DNA from: a virus | Taxonomy: Duplodnaviria > Caudoviricetes | Reading direction: 5' to 3' (one strand) | DNA length: 64,000 bases | IMG/VR virus record: IMGVR_UViG_3300008262_000055 | In this document: in pieces, positions 63,613 through 64,000 of the stretch | Position numbering within the stretch: position 1 is the stretch's first letter | Layout: every line of letters begins with the position of its first letter | Translations under genes and position numbers: made by a program | Notes under the pieces: model-generated | What the model was told of the DNA's origin: nothing | The model's database searches: none | Seen by the model: only the letters and a program-made list of their open reading frames with translations

Positions 63613-64000
63613 AATTTAAGTTTAGCTAATTTAACTAGTGTAGCAGAAAGATTAATTTCAGGATCAGAAATTAATGTATGATCTACCAGTCCTTGCTTGA
63701 TGATCAATATAGCGTTGTCTTGTTTTGCTTCTTCACCAAATATAGCGATATTATCGTAAAGCCAACGGTACACTTCTTCCATTTCTTCTGCTCTTAATTT
63801 ACCGCAGAGCAGTTTACGTGCTTCGTTGAGTTTACCTGCGTTGAAAAGTTCAACCATATCAAATTTCCAGTCAGCGGTACCTTCATCGCCTTTGTTTGGC
63901 GGTAAGAGTTTTCCTTCTTGTACATTTTGTTGAACAAGATTAATACACTTACGTAGATCTGGATATGTTACTTTAACATAATTGTCTAGCGTCTCAAGAT
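63609..64000 (-). CDS. Clamp-loader (RFC/gp44-like) subunit, 3' part
   Basis: The frame is open from the window edge: LETLDNYVKVTYPDLRKCINLVQQ (sensor-2 DLRKxIN)..DPEINLSA. Confidence 0.8.
   Translation of the reverse strand, partial: LETLDNYVKVTYPDLRKCINLVQQNVQEGKLLPPNKGDEGTADWKFDMVELFNAGKLNEARKLLCGKLRAEEMEEVYRWLYDNIAIFGEEAKQDNAILIIKQGLVDHTLISDPEINLSATLVKLAKLKL

Noticed and set aside
1-64000. Stop-codon reassignment, tRNA genes or a CRISPR array
   Set aside because: Genes are full-length and densely packed under code 11. The intergenic gaps are short, and I saw no cloverleaf or repeat-spacer pattern by eye; tRNAscan was not run.

Overview
This window is 64 kb of an AT-rich, large tailed dsDNA phage genome with T4-like replication genes. 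The spanin pair and sigma70-type promoters point to a Gram-negative host. Positions 1-27.5 kb (+ strand) hold a giant virion protein, five paralogous tail-fibre genes, a 2OG-Fe(II) oxygenase and a glycosyltransferase/radical-SAM block. Positions 27.5-62 kb (- strand) hold thyX, an RNase H-type nuclease, a 7-deazaguanine island (QueE, FolE, a QueD-like remnant, a TGT/DpdA-like enzyme, a GT-B glycosyltransferase, PRTase, HIT, MazG-like, MBD4-like), the sliding clamp and PolB. They also hold a block of probable head-internal proteins, clpA-def-dnaJ and a lysis cassette. phoH, dCMP deaminase and a partial clamp loader close the window. The strongest observations are: twin 5-bp/8-nt-loop hairpins at the PolB ribosome-binding site; a holin-like protein with a canonical EF-hand; T4 capsid-targeting-like N-termini on about ten adjacent genes, two of them enzymes; the glycosyltransferase-containing deazaguanine island; and two out-of-frame deletion junctions (about 16600 and about 40341). 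All calls come from motif recognition by eye; no database search was run.
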